Shown piece after piece: positions 39,257 through 52,917 of a DNA stretch of 64,000 bases (positions are counted from its first letter, which is position 1; each line of letters begins with the position of its first letter). The notes beneath the pieces were generated by a model. That model was given only the letters and a program-made list of their open reading frames with translations. It was not told where the DNA came from and ran no database searches. The translations under genes were made by a program, and so were the position numbers. This DNA comes from Raillietiella orientalis (Eukaryota), in NCBI GenBank assembly GCA_036172245.1, contig JAYWIR010000008.1, positions 62,001-126,000 of the forward strand. The letters run 5' to 3'.

Positions 39257-42200
39257 ATGGCGTCTGACCCGCTGCTCCCGCGAGAGACCTTCGGTGGTTC
39301 CAACAACTACTCCACTTCTGAGCAGACGTGCGCAACCGGCGGGCACAAACTTCACTGCTATTACTGGAAGCCGACTACGTCAATCAGGTCTGATTTTCCA
39401 GTAAATTCCACAAGTACGAACATAGAAAAGCGAATGCTACGGCAATGCAATCTATTTCCATGTAACAGCAGCATTTTTTTTTTTTTTTTTTTTTTTGAAA
39501 TAGAAGCTTGCAGTGATACACCGTTGCAATAACGATCTTTATAGAGCACTTGTCTTGCTGATCCATGGTTTTGGCGAACATCTGTTGTATTACGAGGAAA
39601 TAGCTGAGCATCTGAGAAGTCACGGATTCTTCGTATACGGTCACGATCACGGTACGTACGTATGTGTGCTGTTTCGAGTGGGGGAAGAACAAAAGATCGG
39701 GAGCAGATTTCAATCTGCTCGTCACGAGTCCTGAGGATCGTATTCGGATGTGGCTCGAGCTTTGATGCTGGTTCTGCGCAAGAGTGGATTTGAGTGATCC
39801 GCCAAGGTCCCGCCGTCTCTTGGCAACCGCTGGCTCCTTTTGTCTCATGCAACTTGCTGCTTCCAAGGATCCCGCATCAGCGGATCAATGAGCCGAGAAA
39901 GATGATTGTAAGCTGGAGTGGGCGTCGTAATTACGAACTGAAGACCTCGCTTAAATCGATTTATCCCTCTTGCTTTTTTTTTATTCCGGAACTTTGCTGC
40001 GGACTTTTGTCTGCACCTCCACACGGGCACGCACACACCCTCTCTCATCTGAGATGAGAATGAGAATCCGGTGAGCTCGAGAGCAAATTTGAGAATGCCG
40101 AGAAAGTCCCGATAGTTCGCTTGGTCGTGGTAGAAACACACCGTAAAGAAAAAAAAAAAAAAAAAAAAATTGTGGGGTGAAGTGTGCTGCGACTGTTTCA
40201 GAACTGTTGGTGTTTTCAAAATACACAGTTCGTAATTCCCTGCTCTCTTCCCTTCAACAGCGGGACACGGAAAAAGCGAAGGATCTCGATGCAGAGTGGA
40301 AAGCGCGGATGCCCTGGCGTCAGACGTGTTGCTTCACGTGGAGAAACTGAGGTCGCTCTATGATCTTCCGCATTTCATACTTAGCCATTCCATGGTGAGT
40401 GAGCAGCTTCATTTCGAGTCGGAATCTTTGACTTTGAAAGTACGTGAGTGGTGGGGTGGCCTCGCTTAAGACGTCGGAAGCATTCGAACGTTCCCACTTC
40501 CAATTTTGCCCATGACCTCTGTTTCCGATTTCTAAAGTAAAGTGCAGAGTCATTTCGAAAAAAATACTTGACAGAAGGGACGAACATAATTTTTGAAAAC
40601 CGCGGATTTCTCTTCGGTAAGAGATCGAAGAGCCACAATTTTTGTTTGCTTGCATTAAACGGAAAAAAAAAAAAAGCAAAAAAGTCTGCCATGGAAACTT
40701 CTAAGCCATTACGAATGTCAAGTACAACGAAGTGGCAACGACTCGAAGGTCAAAGGCGAAATCAAAGTACCCTCGAAGAATGGATGTGAGCACCCGATTT
40801 TCTACTGCCTCGCATAAGTGGAGCTGTGGGTCTTCTTCTGCCTCTTCTTGGCTTGGGCTTTTTGGGTGGGAAGACCCCATTTGTTCTGCTGCTGTTTTTC
40901 CTCTTCCATGTTTACATTCTACACTGTTCTGATGGAGAAAAAAATTTTCCCTCAGGGAAGTACCGTAGCTCTGAGAGTCGCATCCAAGTACCCAGCCTAT
41001 TTCACTGGAATCATATTTGTAGCACCTTTTATCAAGAGTCCCGAAGTCAATGGCGATTATTCGATCATAAACTTGCTGGCAGAAATGCTCAGTAAACTCG
41101 TCCCTGAATTGCAGGTTAGCAGCTTCCATTTCGTTTTGCTTTGCGCGTGCTTCGTGGGGTGCCCGAAGAATCATCCCGCAGTTCGGGCAAACCGCGTTCC
41201 TGCCGCTTTCTTTCTGTTCCAAGAGAGAGAGAGAGAGATGCAAGCGGAGGAAGCGTGCATCCGTGCACAACACCTTTTCTGGAACGGCAGCACGCAACGT
41301 GCTGTCCCTGACGCGCCTTCACCCGAGTGCGCCTGGGCCGGGTCAACGCTGACGTCGCGCGTGTCGTAGGTCCGCCAGCTGGATCTGAACAACGTCTGTC
41401 GAGATGTCCGACGCCTCGAATTCATGAGAAACGACAAACTGAGGTGTGGAGCCATAAAAGCGCGTACCGCGTACGCTTTTGTGAAAATGCTGAGAGTAAG
41501 CACGAAATTTTGTTGATTCTCGCTACACAGTTCGTGCACCTAACGTGTTTCATACAAATGTAAAGGATGTCACTTCAGATATTTCTAATCTGAAAGTTCC
41601 ATTCCTGGCTCTACACGGAGGACAAGATCGACTGGCGTCCCCGGAAGGTTCGGAATTGCTATACGAAACTTCGAATGTGACGCCGGAAGGTAAAGCCTTT
41701 AAGGTTAGCCTCCTTGTCATTTATTGGGGATGACACTGGCGACTGCCAACTGCACTAACGGTTCCAAATTGACCTGTGGGTTCCATCGCAAAACAGCATT
41801 AATTATTCACTTCTCGCGGAGCACCTTTACGATGAAATGGAAAGTACCATCAATCAGAACACTCACGTGATTTTTTTTTTTTTTTTTTTGAACACGCACT
41901 TTCATTCCCTTATGTTCATCTTACCCCTCAAAAAGAAATGCAGCACTTCAGAATGTGACCCAAGATTTTTTTTTTTTTTTTGCACCAGGACGAACCCTCA
42001 TTTTGGTCGAATGCTTTTGCAGGCGGAAGTAGCGGAATCAAAATTTCCTGAGCAAGGAAGGTCACTTTACGTGACCTTCCTTGCTCAGGAAATTTTGATT
42101 GCATCTATGCAATACGCAGGTAGCAGCAACGGCATCGTGGGGTTTCTTACCCTCCTTCACCACAAGTGGTTGCTCGAGTGAAAATGTTTTGCCACAATTC

Positions 42201-43447
42201 GAAGTTTTCCCGTCGAAGTGAACGTTTCAAATTTTTGTGGACGCACACACACACACACAATTTCCAGTGCACTCGTGGTAATGCGAAGCAGTGGATTAAA
42301 AGCACTGTTGACATTAGTAAACGTCATTGACTACATTCAACACCGGAGGCGCTGACGCTTATTTTCGGCTGCCTCTTGCTATCGGATGGTAATTTTTTGG
42401 ACATGGTGGATCCATTGAATTTGTAGAGAATGAAATCGTGCGATGGAAAAATGAATTCCATCCATTCTCTAAGAATTTCCGATTTTTCTTAGAGATTCAT
42501 TGCTTCCAAAGCCATTCATACGTTACAGAGTCCGTTTTTATGATAACCAAAACCTCATTTTCCTCACGTCACGTTGGCCTTTCAATTGTGTCCATACACA
42601 TCCACATCACACCCTCAGGAGTCGTTGATATGAGAAAAAAAAAAAAAAAAACACCTATCATTCGAAAACTTAAGCTTATCTGTGTTGAGACTCTTTTACG
42701 AAAACAACTTTCCCATTTCCAATTCCGGGATTTGAATCTCCATCTTGAAGTGGTGAACTCTCAAAATGTAATCCAATCCTCGGGAATACCCCCAAAATCA
42801 GAGAAACTTGAAGAATTACTACGCAATGCAAATTATGGTTTCCACGTTGACCTCTCGTTCGTCTTCTTCCAACCTTATCTGTGCAGACGTGGTCCGCACT
42901 GCCAGGCATGCAAATCCTCAGGAAGACTCCTCTCCTGATGACAACAGTTTTCAGGAAAATGGAAACAACACCGAGACTTTTAAGTGCCCCAAAGCGAAAA
43001 TTTGCTGATATTCCTCACTCGGTGTTTGCTTTATCGAGTTGGCTTTAAGGTTATCGATAGCCGTCTTCCCAAAGATGCACCAGCAACCCAAAAAAAAAAA
43101 GAAACTTTTTTGCCGTACTTCAAGCATCCATAAGTAACGCTGTTTCAGAGCCTCGTGTCTTAGTTTCCAAAAAGATGACGGTCGCCAACTCCTAGATAAA
43201 ATCCATATCAACCAACTACACTTGGTAATGATGAGGGGAAAGTGATCCTAGTGATGCAGTTGAAATTTCGGGCTGAAGCAGATTGAGATTACATCTGCGT
43301 GCCGCAGTTCGAAGACGGTTTCTCCTCATCAGCTTTCCATTGCAGGTATATCCCCACGCACACCACAATCTCTTCCACGACCTGCCGGAAGTGCGGAGAG
43401 CAGTGAGGAGTGACATTCTGGACTGGCTGGAAAGCCGGCTGCAGTAA
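39257..43447 (+). CDS. MGLL: Monoacylglycerol lipase-like alpha/beta hydrolase. Exons: 39257-39387, 39545-39651, 40261-40394, 40956-41114, 41370-41495, 41566-41703, 43346-43447
   Basis: In-frame GT-AG exons: LHCYYWKP, ALVLLIHGFGEH, VYGHDHAGHGKSEG, ILSHSM|GST (nucleophile), VPFLALHGGQDRL (Asp), VYPHAHHNLFHD (His), then ILDWLESRLQ and stop. Confidence 0.9.
42150..42930 (-). mobile_element. Possible Ty1/copia relic in the last intron of the lipase gene
   Basis: PGSADHVCTDK (protease DSGA.DHM-like), DVY..KANV and LEIVCVC..NVHFDGK (integrase start-like), in copia order. Confidence 0.35.
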
Positions 43448-44559
43448 GATTTTCAAAATGCTCGGACCTAACTGTCAAAATCGGTCAAGATTGAAGGCAG
43501 ATTTGAAAAGCCTCCAGATAACGACAACAGGCAAAAGTTCCTCCTTGATTTCTTGAGCAGATCTTGGATTCCCTCGCGGTTATTAAAAGAGAACGAACGC
43601 AAACCATCTGATGAAAGGTCAAAACTGTAGTTCAATCCATGTTTTTTAAATGTATCTAAACAACGAATGGTTCGTCTTCTTACAAATCGTTTTGGAGATT
43701 CTTTATAACTTTAAGTTATGGAAATTCAGCTACCGAGTGGACGACTGCAAACTTCCACCGCAGACTACGCGTGATGCCGTGGCTGTCTCAGGAATACATA
43801 ACATATACAGTTTTCTAGAAACACACATATCACTCCTCTTAATTTTTCGATTTGGGTTCGTTTGGAGTTTCCAACGTGAGAATTAATGCACCTAACATTT
43901 CGTCGTCATAAGTGCGTCAAGTTTCACATTACTGTATTTCTGCTTTTATTCAGTTAACATCCTACTTTAAGGATATCCATGACACATAATGATTGTTCTG
44001 AAAGATCTATCCGAATATCATGGGAAATGATCACAACACGAATTTTCCTCTGGGATCGCCCGGAGATCTCTGTGGACTGCAAATCTGTAATGTCCTTACA
44101 TCTGCAACCTCAAACGCTGCGCCCCCGGTTGCGTCCAGTGCCCCCCAACTGTGCCTCCCCCCCTGGACTACTCTTTGGAACCCCCCCCCCCCCATGCCAA
44201 ACTGTCGGTGACAGGTCCTCCGGTCTTTAAGTGCTCTTCCAGTGGGACTCTGTTCCGGGAGTTGTCGAAAATTCTGAAATGCTCGCAAGTAGGCTCTTGG
44301 CAAATTCTCTTGACTGCGAGTTAATGTTGTGAAACACAACCACCTCAATAAAATAATTTCTTGGGACAGGAAAAATTGAATGAACAATTTGTAAGTTATG
44401 CAACGACTTTTACAAATATTTGGTTGCATATCATCAAAACGGACAAAAGTTCCATTGTATTTCATCATCAACCTGAGCGCCCAGAATACTGTTAACACTT
44501 AACCAGGTCCTGGGATGTAATTCTGTTTGATACATGTAAAATACGTAAACTTTCATAAC

Positions 44560-45045
44560 AAAACTTATTTCCCGTAGGCCTCAAGTGTTCCATCCGTGGA
44601 AAACAGATACTTTGATAGTACTGCAAATTCGTGTTTCCATATTTGAAAACAAAAAGCTTCAAAAGCTGCTCTCTCTCTCTCCGCACTTATGTTGTTTAAA
44701 TGCTTGTTTTCAAACAGGTTTTGTTGGATTGGGTTGCTCCCTAGCTTAGTGATCAGCGAAATTTGCACACGATCGGTGGAGCAATTACAATTTCTGGTCG
44801 TTGAGGTCCACTGTCGAATCTGCCTGGAAAAAAGTCGAACTATTTCGCGAGCGGAAATTTTAATCTTGCAAGTATGAAAACCGAGTTGTTCTTGCCGATC
44901 AGTAATGAAATCATACAAGCTGACCATCTTGGATTTCACCAACGGACCATGCAATCTCTGAAAGGCACCTTTCTCTGCCTCAAATTTGATCCTTTCAGAA
45001 TTTCTGTGAGTCCCTTCAACGCCAAGATATTTTTCATACAAGGAA
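44560..45045 (-). mobile_element. LINE (CR1/L2-like) ORF2 3' relic
   Basis: EKYLGV followed by QLGFH..EIVRLF..DRVQ. Confidence 0.4.
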
Positions 45046-47182
45046 GGCAGCTACTCAGTTTTATTTATAAAGTCATTCAACTTTGTTGACAGAATATGGC
45101 GGGCTAAGTCTCTGAAGTCAAGCATCAGGCATCAGTGCTCACATCTCATGATGATGAGTGTTACCAAGTGAATCTATACACACCATTAAGATACCATCTG
45201 TGCGTGAACAGTGTCGAAAATAATCCGATAAATGTGTTTTAATGTCACATGTTTTGAGAAATCCGAAAACAAATCAGTTGAACCTTGTTTGCACGTGCAA
45301 AGAGAAAATCTTAAGACTACTTAATGCACATTATGTTGATTTTTTTCTCTTCTAATCAGAAAGCAACTAACGTGTTGGGCTTATCTTACATCAATAGCCA
45401 TGCCATTAAGTACTGCATAGGATAATCAAGAATCTTGCCAAAATGGAGGCATCAATAGTGGAGCATCGAAATTTTGAGAATAAAGGATCTGGCAATAATT
45501 GAAACTGAACACTTGAAAGTATGCTGAGAAAATTTCGTACAAAGGATAGACAGGATGCAGTAATGCATTGTAGGCAGTGGTATGGAACATAAAATCATTC
45601 CATGGATAAGAAAATTTTCCATGGATACTAATAAAGTCTGATCGGCACTCTTCATAGCAAACCATTTGGTCAAACTCCTTTGGCAGATAGCATTGGTTTT
45701 CCTTATTCATGCTTAACTGTTCTTTTAGTAATAAAATTTATTACATGCAGAGCATTGAAGTCTGACACAAATTCACCGTGTATATACTTGTCACTTGAAG
45801 GACCACTCCATGTTACAGTTAAAACTGGTTAGCAGACTATTATTGCTGTTGTCTGCCTATCTGCATTTCCATCAATTGAATATATAATCATCAGCACAAC
45901 AATATATATCCTAACCAGGAAGATTGCTAATAAACGTTAATTTGTCACTTATGTTTTAAAATCAAAAACAGATAATATGCACAGTGCAACAATGACACAG
46001 GTCTTGGACATGGAAACTACTGAGTTCCAGTATAGAGCAACAGATGTACATTAATGTTAGTTGGTTGGTTGACTGGACTAGTCAGTTAGTTGTACATGGT
46101 TGAATTACAAATGCAAACTTTAAGAACTTTACACTAGAAGAAGCTGTATTACCAAGCAGGCATTGGTCAATGAATGAATATGCCCTAATCCGAGCTATTT
46201 GAAGAGAACGCTATTGTCCCAAAATCATCACAAAATGAATATCCAGATACTGAATTAATCACCAGTAGACAAACTACATGATGTTTACAATAATGCTGCA
46301 CCACCACCCCTGTTGTAAGTGCACAATACTATGGTAACAATGAACAAAGTCAAAAGGATTGCCCACAAAATACTTCATAAACTATGAAGCATTGAACATA
46401 ATCAAACATTAGCTAAGGAGTATTTGAAGGAACAGTAACATACATGCAAATTTTCACACAGGTAACAAAAACTTTGAAAAATTAATAAGATTCATATTCA
46501 AATATGCAAAGAGTTTTTAATTTTGACCACATTCCAAATACAAATAAAAACTAACTAATAATAATCTCCAAGTAGGTTTGAATCAAAAATCAAAAGTACA
46601 ATTAAGTTCGAATCTTAGCATCAGAATTTCTGTAGAAACAAATGTTTAAAAAAAATAAGCAATCCGTTTTTAAATTTTAATGCCAAGAAAATTGCAGAAA
46701 ACTTCGACGCATTTAAATAATAACAATAAATCACTCTGTAAGTTGGAAAACATGGGCTTGAAGATTCTTTCTGTTTATCTAGAAACAGGCTTTTTCCAAA
46801 ACACTTCTCCCACACAGTAGAGCTGTAAACTTGCATGATCACTAAACTGTTTTTGCTTAATATTTTCACAATGATCACAGGTATGGTATAGTTTCACATA
46901 TCACAAGACCCCATACAATCTACACACACACAGCCCTTTTCCAGTATGCTTTCCAAATGTACAATAAACACCTTCAACAAAAACTTTTTTGAACCACCAC
47001 AAGCACTACACTGCAAATGAAGCAAACTAATTAATTCTACTAAATAAAGTTATACTCACAAATTCAAGCAATAACAAAATAGGATATTCAACATACTTTT
47101 TATTAACAATGTACTGCATATGTTATTGTCTTTCAAAAGAAATGTCCATACTTCAACACTGATATTATATCAATCCATTCTT

Positions 47183-49054
47183 TTATTTTTTGGCGATTGA
47201 TATTGCTAATCCAACTAATGCACCAAGCACAACTGCAGCACCACCAGCATATGCCATCCCAAGGAAACCCTCTAAAGCAAAAATGATAAATCAGTCAATG
47301 AAATTAAACACCAAGATGTTCTGAGTGTGGCTACTGAATTAATTCTAACACTGCAACTAAAAATTCCAGTTCATATATTCTCATTCTACATAACATTTCC
47401 TTATTCCTCACAACTTAACAAATTATAATAAAAGAATGTGCATAACAGCATTACATTTACCAGACAACAAAAGATACACTTCATAATTTGAAATAAAAAC
47501 CCAAAGGGGACAATATATCATTTTGTTTGATTATCCATTTGAATAACAAATCATACAAACAAAACTCCCAATAAAGTATTTGTGCAAGAAGAATAAAAAA
47601 ATCAAAGATAAAACTCAAAGTTTTTATTTTCAAACCTTTTTGCATTCTTTTTTCAATCACTTTCTGAAGACTTTTCACCTGAAGATTGTTGGGTTCATCC
47701 TTTAATAATTGTTTTGTATACTTTAAAGCAAGTGCATATTCCTAAAAGTTAAAAACATTTCAATTCGCATATCTGTATGCATATATGCACTCAGTTAAAA
47801 GATACATAGATAACAAATTCTTGAAAGTCACCACTGCAGTAAACTTTACAACTTTTAAGCTACAATACAAAATTTGAATTATACAATAAGGGCAGAATAC
47901 ATTGATATTTGACAGGAAAACCACATAGTGTGCATCAAGCGGTAAAATCCATGCTTGCGTACCTTACATTGGGATAAATAAAAGTAAACCGACAATTCCA
48001 AATCAGTTTAAAACCTCACTTTCTTGAATTGGATTACTTTAAACAAGTATACATGATTACAGATAATATTGTAAAATGAGGTATAGTTATATGAGTGGTA
48101 ATTTTCACAATTATTAAAAAATTACTACTGATTTTAAAAACAATGCATGGATTCTGATGCACAGATGCAGGTCTCGGCAAAATTTGCAAACGAAACACGA
48201 AAAAGTTCGTTTTCCTCAACTCTTATCACAAAGCATTCGTTTCGTTTCATTTTCAGATTGCAAATGAAAATAACAGAATAATTAAAATACCCGACACTTG
48301 CTTCAAATGGAAAATGCAACTACTACTCTAACACAAGAGCTATACAGCTATGTTTCAAACTTGAGAAAAAAGTTTACATGACACTATTCACTTTAACAGG
48401 CACTTCTGCCTATAAATGTGTTGGGAAGTCCCTTAAAATCCCATGTTTCCCTATTGAATACATCACGGTAGTCGTGTATTTTTTGAATGCAATCATTGTT
48501 ATTTTTTAATGGCTCAAATAAACAAAAGCACAAGGCGGATGCCATCTCGTCACAAGTTTAGCTTTAGGTTTTCGGATGAAATGATAAAAAATTCTGAACC
48601 CTCCTTGCTTCTTATTATCTACTTACCCTTAATTTAGCATTTCCGATCGCCAAATAGAATAAATAATCTCTTTTTGTTTCCTCATTTGCTCTATTATTAA
48701 GCTCTTCTAGCAGTGCAATACCTTTTTTTACATCAATGGGATATTTACTTCTTATCAGGCACCAAGCATACTGAACCTTCACTTCGTCATCCACTGCCCC
48801 ACGTGAAAGTTGGCTGAGGTACTTTTTTTCAAATTGCTGGAAACAACCCACCTTTAACAGCTCATAATCAAAAATAAATAAAAATTGATATTCTTCATTA
48901 TAATGCAGACGAACACAACATTTTCTGTTCTTAGCTGAAGGCACAAATCATGGCATTCGCCATGCAAGCTAATTCTCGAATGCACTTGATTTCTACTCAC
49001 TTGCAAATCTGTACATGATATTGATTCCTTCAACAAGAATTCTGCACTTTCCAT
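47183..49054 (-). CDS. FIS1: Mitochondrial fission 1 protein (152 aa). Exons: 49054-49001, 48836-48627, 47741-47636, 47271-47183
   Basis: QYAWCLIRSKY..DVKKGIALLEEL, RDYLFYLAIGNAKLREY, EPNNLQ, and the tail anchor GFLGMAYAGGAAVVLGALVGLAISIAKK before the stop. All splice phases are consistent. Confidence 0.96.
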
Positions 49055-50849
49055 GGCAATGCAGGGACTCGGACGATCGTTGCAATTATTCCAACAGGGT
49101 GTAGGCCACAAGCAATTCCCACATTGAAATACGTGTATTCCGTATCAGCGAGTCGGCTGCTGTGGGTGCACACACGTGAATTTCAGCCAAGTGACACAAA
49201 AACCACATGCAAAAATCAATCGGGTGCAGGTGGCACTTTCACCGAAGGAACACACCGAGCACAAAGGCGCACTTTCCTGCGAAGACTTCGAACCGAGCCT
49301 ACTCGCTGACTGTTGTTCTCGGGGTTCCCAGGACACAACCCTCGCACGAAAGTGGCAGTGAACCGAAAGAACCCGTTTTCCCGAATTCGGGGTCTGGGAT
49401 CACCGAAAGGGACGCCCCGGAACCGCAAAACAGGGGAGGCTCGAAAACAAATGAATTCCTTCGGGGTGCAACCCTGCTGACGTTGGCGTGGCTGCTGCAC
49501 GTTTCGAAACTGGAGACGATTTCCCTTCGAGACCTTCGCCTGCACGCATCGACCACTTTTCCAGACCACGAAAAAGGAAAACAAAAGAAGATCCCCTGCC
49601 ACGCAGTCCTTCACAACCGCAGTTTGAAGATATCCAAACAAAATCCCATCCACTTCACCGCTTGTGTATTTCAGGAATATCGACTTCGCTAATTTCCGAT
49701 TTTTCCCCGATAAAAAAAATTGCTGCAGATTAGTGAGCTTGAAACCAAACGAGGATCACTAATGGATTTTGGTGCTTCCAAAAATTCTACACCAAAGGAA
49801 TCCAATCTTCGTTTTGCATTTCCATTCTGAATCACGCTTAGTCATAATCGTAAGGCCTTAAATCAGAAACCCTTTAATTGCTGCAGTTTTGGAAGCATTC
49901 GTGGCCTCTTGAAGAATGGCAGGAAAAATGCAAAACACTTTTTCCATACGACTGCTTTTCCGGGTGCGGCAAAAACAAAATGCAGCGATCGATCTGAATT
50001 CGTGGAGGGGCAGACTCCACGGACTGAAAGCACGGGGCAAGAAATGAATAACGAATTCGCAAAGTCATTTTCTGAACTGCATAAACCTCAGTTGATGAAA
50101 ACGGGAAATTAAGGGCATCCTGATACGGGATGCAATAATAATAACATTTTTTTACCCTAATGTTGATCGTGTAATTATTCGGATGTGCACATACGTCCTT
50201 ACTTAAAATATTTCCGGGATTCTTTCATTTTTAAGTTCCTTGAGTCATCCATTCCAGAAAAGTAAGATCATGTTTTCAATTTTAGAATTAGGTACTCGCA
50301 ATCAATATAAATTACCATGAATTCATGGCTAGAGATAATTGGCTTTATAGTCTAAGGTGCACACTCAATTAAAAACAATAAAGATTTTTTTGAGCATTCA
50401 ATCTTTCTCATAAACTGTTGTTTGCAATGGAACAACAGACACATCTATTTGACAAGTTAGCTGTCATCTGCGGCTATCTAAAATAAGAAAGATGTTGTCT
50501 GCAATTACTCATGTCCGTCCTTTCGATAGACAACTGCATGCATTATTCTAAAACCTTCTCTTCCGCACTTTGTAATGTTGAAATAGATTCAGCTTGAAGA
50601 TAACAATAAATGTACTTTATCTTAGTTAATCAGTTTTTCAAATTGATTTTAAAAATCTGTTGATTTACATTAAGACAGTACTATCATAGTAACAAAGTTT
50701 TCCTGCTTTGTGATCAAGTCATCTTTAGTAACTATCCAATCAACAGGAGGTGCTGTGCATTACAAATTTCACAGACGACATCATTTTCAAAGGGGGAATT
50801 TTGTGTATTCAGGTTTGCATATTCCTTATTTAAATACAATGAAAACACA

Positions 50850-52100
50850 AAAGTTCTAGTGAGACAGAATCCTGATTTCTTTCTCCAAGTGGTCCCTGGC
50901 TTTTAGAAAACCTCTTGAGTCGGCACTAATTTTAATTTGACTCAGATTTGGAACACTCTACATGTATTAGATGCATACATACAAAGAATCCTCTATGCAC
51001 ATGGACTTTTTAATATTGTTTAGCTTCAAGATGAAATTTTGGCAATTTTGATTAAAATAGTGTTTTTCTTCTGGAATGCATCATCTTCTATGCATAAATT
51101 TATTTCAAGTGGACTATATCTGGAAGTAGAGTTTAATTCGAATACGCTGCATTTTTTTGAGGGATGAGAAGAAAAACTCCGCAGGTGAAATGGGAAGTCC
51201 ACTAAATCTTTAAATTTGTTTGACTAGTAGTACTGTGCTCACTACCAAGAAGAAATAGTATACTGACAATATCTATTGTGAAATCATAGATGATTTAAGA
51301 CAAGACGAAAACATGAATTTGCATCTTATAAGTAATAAATACATGTAATTCTGCTATGTGTATTCTCCGAGTGGCATAACAAATGATCTTTGACAGCAAC
51401 CTCTTTACATGAAACTTGATTTTCTATTCTTACTGGTGGCCTATATACACACTCATTCAACTTTTCACTAGGGTAAATTTTTAAGAATTAATCAATCCAA
51501 AAAAACTAATTATGCTGAATCTGAATTGGTTGGGCTCTAGTGTAGATCTGTATGAAAAAACAAATTCATTGAATCTAGGAAGTAGAAGAGTGTCAACATG
51601 ATGAAAGTGAAAGTTTGGTAGGGTTCACAAAGCACTCAAAAATTATGAAGGTCCATCTGAAAGTAATTTAATAACAAGAAAATTAGGCCATTTTCTTCGA
51701 ATGATCTCCTCCATGTACTTGCGGGACTTTTTACTTGCAGATCTGATGTTTCTGTTTCAAAGGCTCCCAACCAAAGTAACATCGACAATGAAGCAAATTA
51801 AAAGTAAATTTGAATCCCATTCGGGAAAAAGGAGACGAGGTTGCTATCACTAATGATTTCAGAGTTTGAATTAACATTACCACTGAACTTTATATTTGGG
51901 AAATTAATCAATGTCGCAGTAAGGCAACTTCGAGTCTTCAAGAGGAGATTCCACTTGAATTGGGTGCTCTTTATGCTGTTGAGAGATCGGAAAGATATGA
52001 TTTGGGCGAAGTCTGAACCTTCAAGAACTGCTTTGGCATCGCAGGTACGTGAAAATGTTAATTTGGGGCTCACAAAAGTTCAAGGAACGTCTATGGTGAC
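50850..52100 (-). mobile_element. CR1-like LINE 5' relic (ORF1 end plus APE endonuclease)
   Basis: FFPNGIQI (ORF1 WP.GI-like), RNIRS, CVYRPP (~51440) and IIYDFTID (GDFNID-like, ~51280), in order. Confidence 0.5.
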
Positions 52101-52917
52101 GATTTTCGCATCGTTACAGTATCCAACCGATTAGAACAGTGCAGTGGAAACCACGAACTCTTTGCAAAGTTCCAGATTGGCGACACGTCCACTCGTTTGG
52201 TGACACCGGGTCACGTGACTAACGAGTGCTTGGCGGTGGAATGCGAGGGAAGTTTAAAGCCTTTAAATTTTTATGTTGCGTATGCAGGGTTGTCAGCGAT
52301 CGGGGAAACAGCTGAAAGTAGGGAATCTGAATAGTTTACTCTGGGTTACGAATTCCATTCAACTTCTGGGAAAATAACCCCCCGACAATAATGGCAAATC
52401 GTCATAGAGTAATGTGAAGCTCACATTTTACAAAATGAGGGTAGCAAGGGTGAAGTTGTCAACACAAAAATAACACGCAGGTGTTTGTTGTAGTACTTTG
52501 AAGTTTGAAAGGAATGTACGGAATGCATCCAAAGTAAAGGATGTGTTTGGCGACTTGGACAACTGATTTAAAATTCAAGCTTCCAGAAATGGAAAGCAAG
52601 TATGATACATTAGTTCATAGTTGTGTATATTATACGTGTGCTACACAAGCAGCATCATTAGCTGTAATTCTGATGATATTCAAAGTCATTTCAAAGTATT
52701 CTCTAAAGGTTGTTGATTGTTTCAAACCTATATGCCAAGACATGGAACCATGAAGACATGGTTGATACTGATCCATCACTCTCTATCAGGTATGAATCTA
52801 TGTTTGATGAACAAAGATGTAGGGATTCTGACAAATTGTTTGGTGGTCAGGAGGTAATTCTAGAGTTCATATCATTCATGCTATAAAAGTAGATGCATGA
52901 GCACTGTACTGACATGT

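Noticed and set aside
49290..49440. GC-rich, possibly structured segment upstream of FIS1 as a tRNA or other ncRNA
   Set aside because: No cloverleaf or A/B boxes and no known ncRNA motif recognised.
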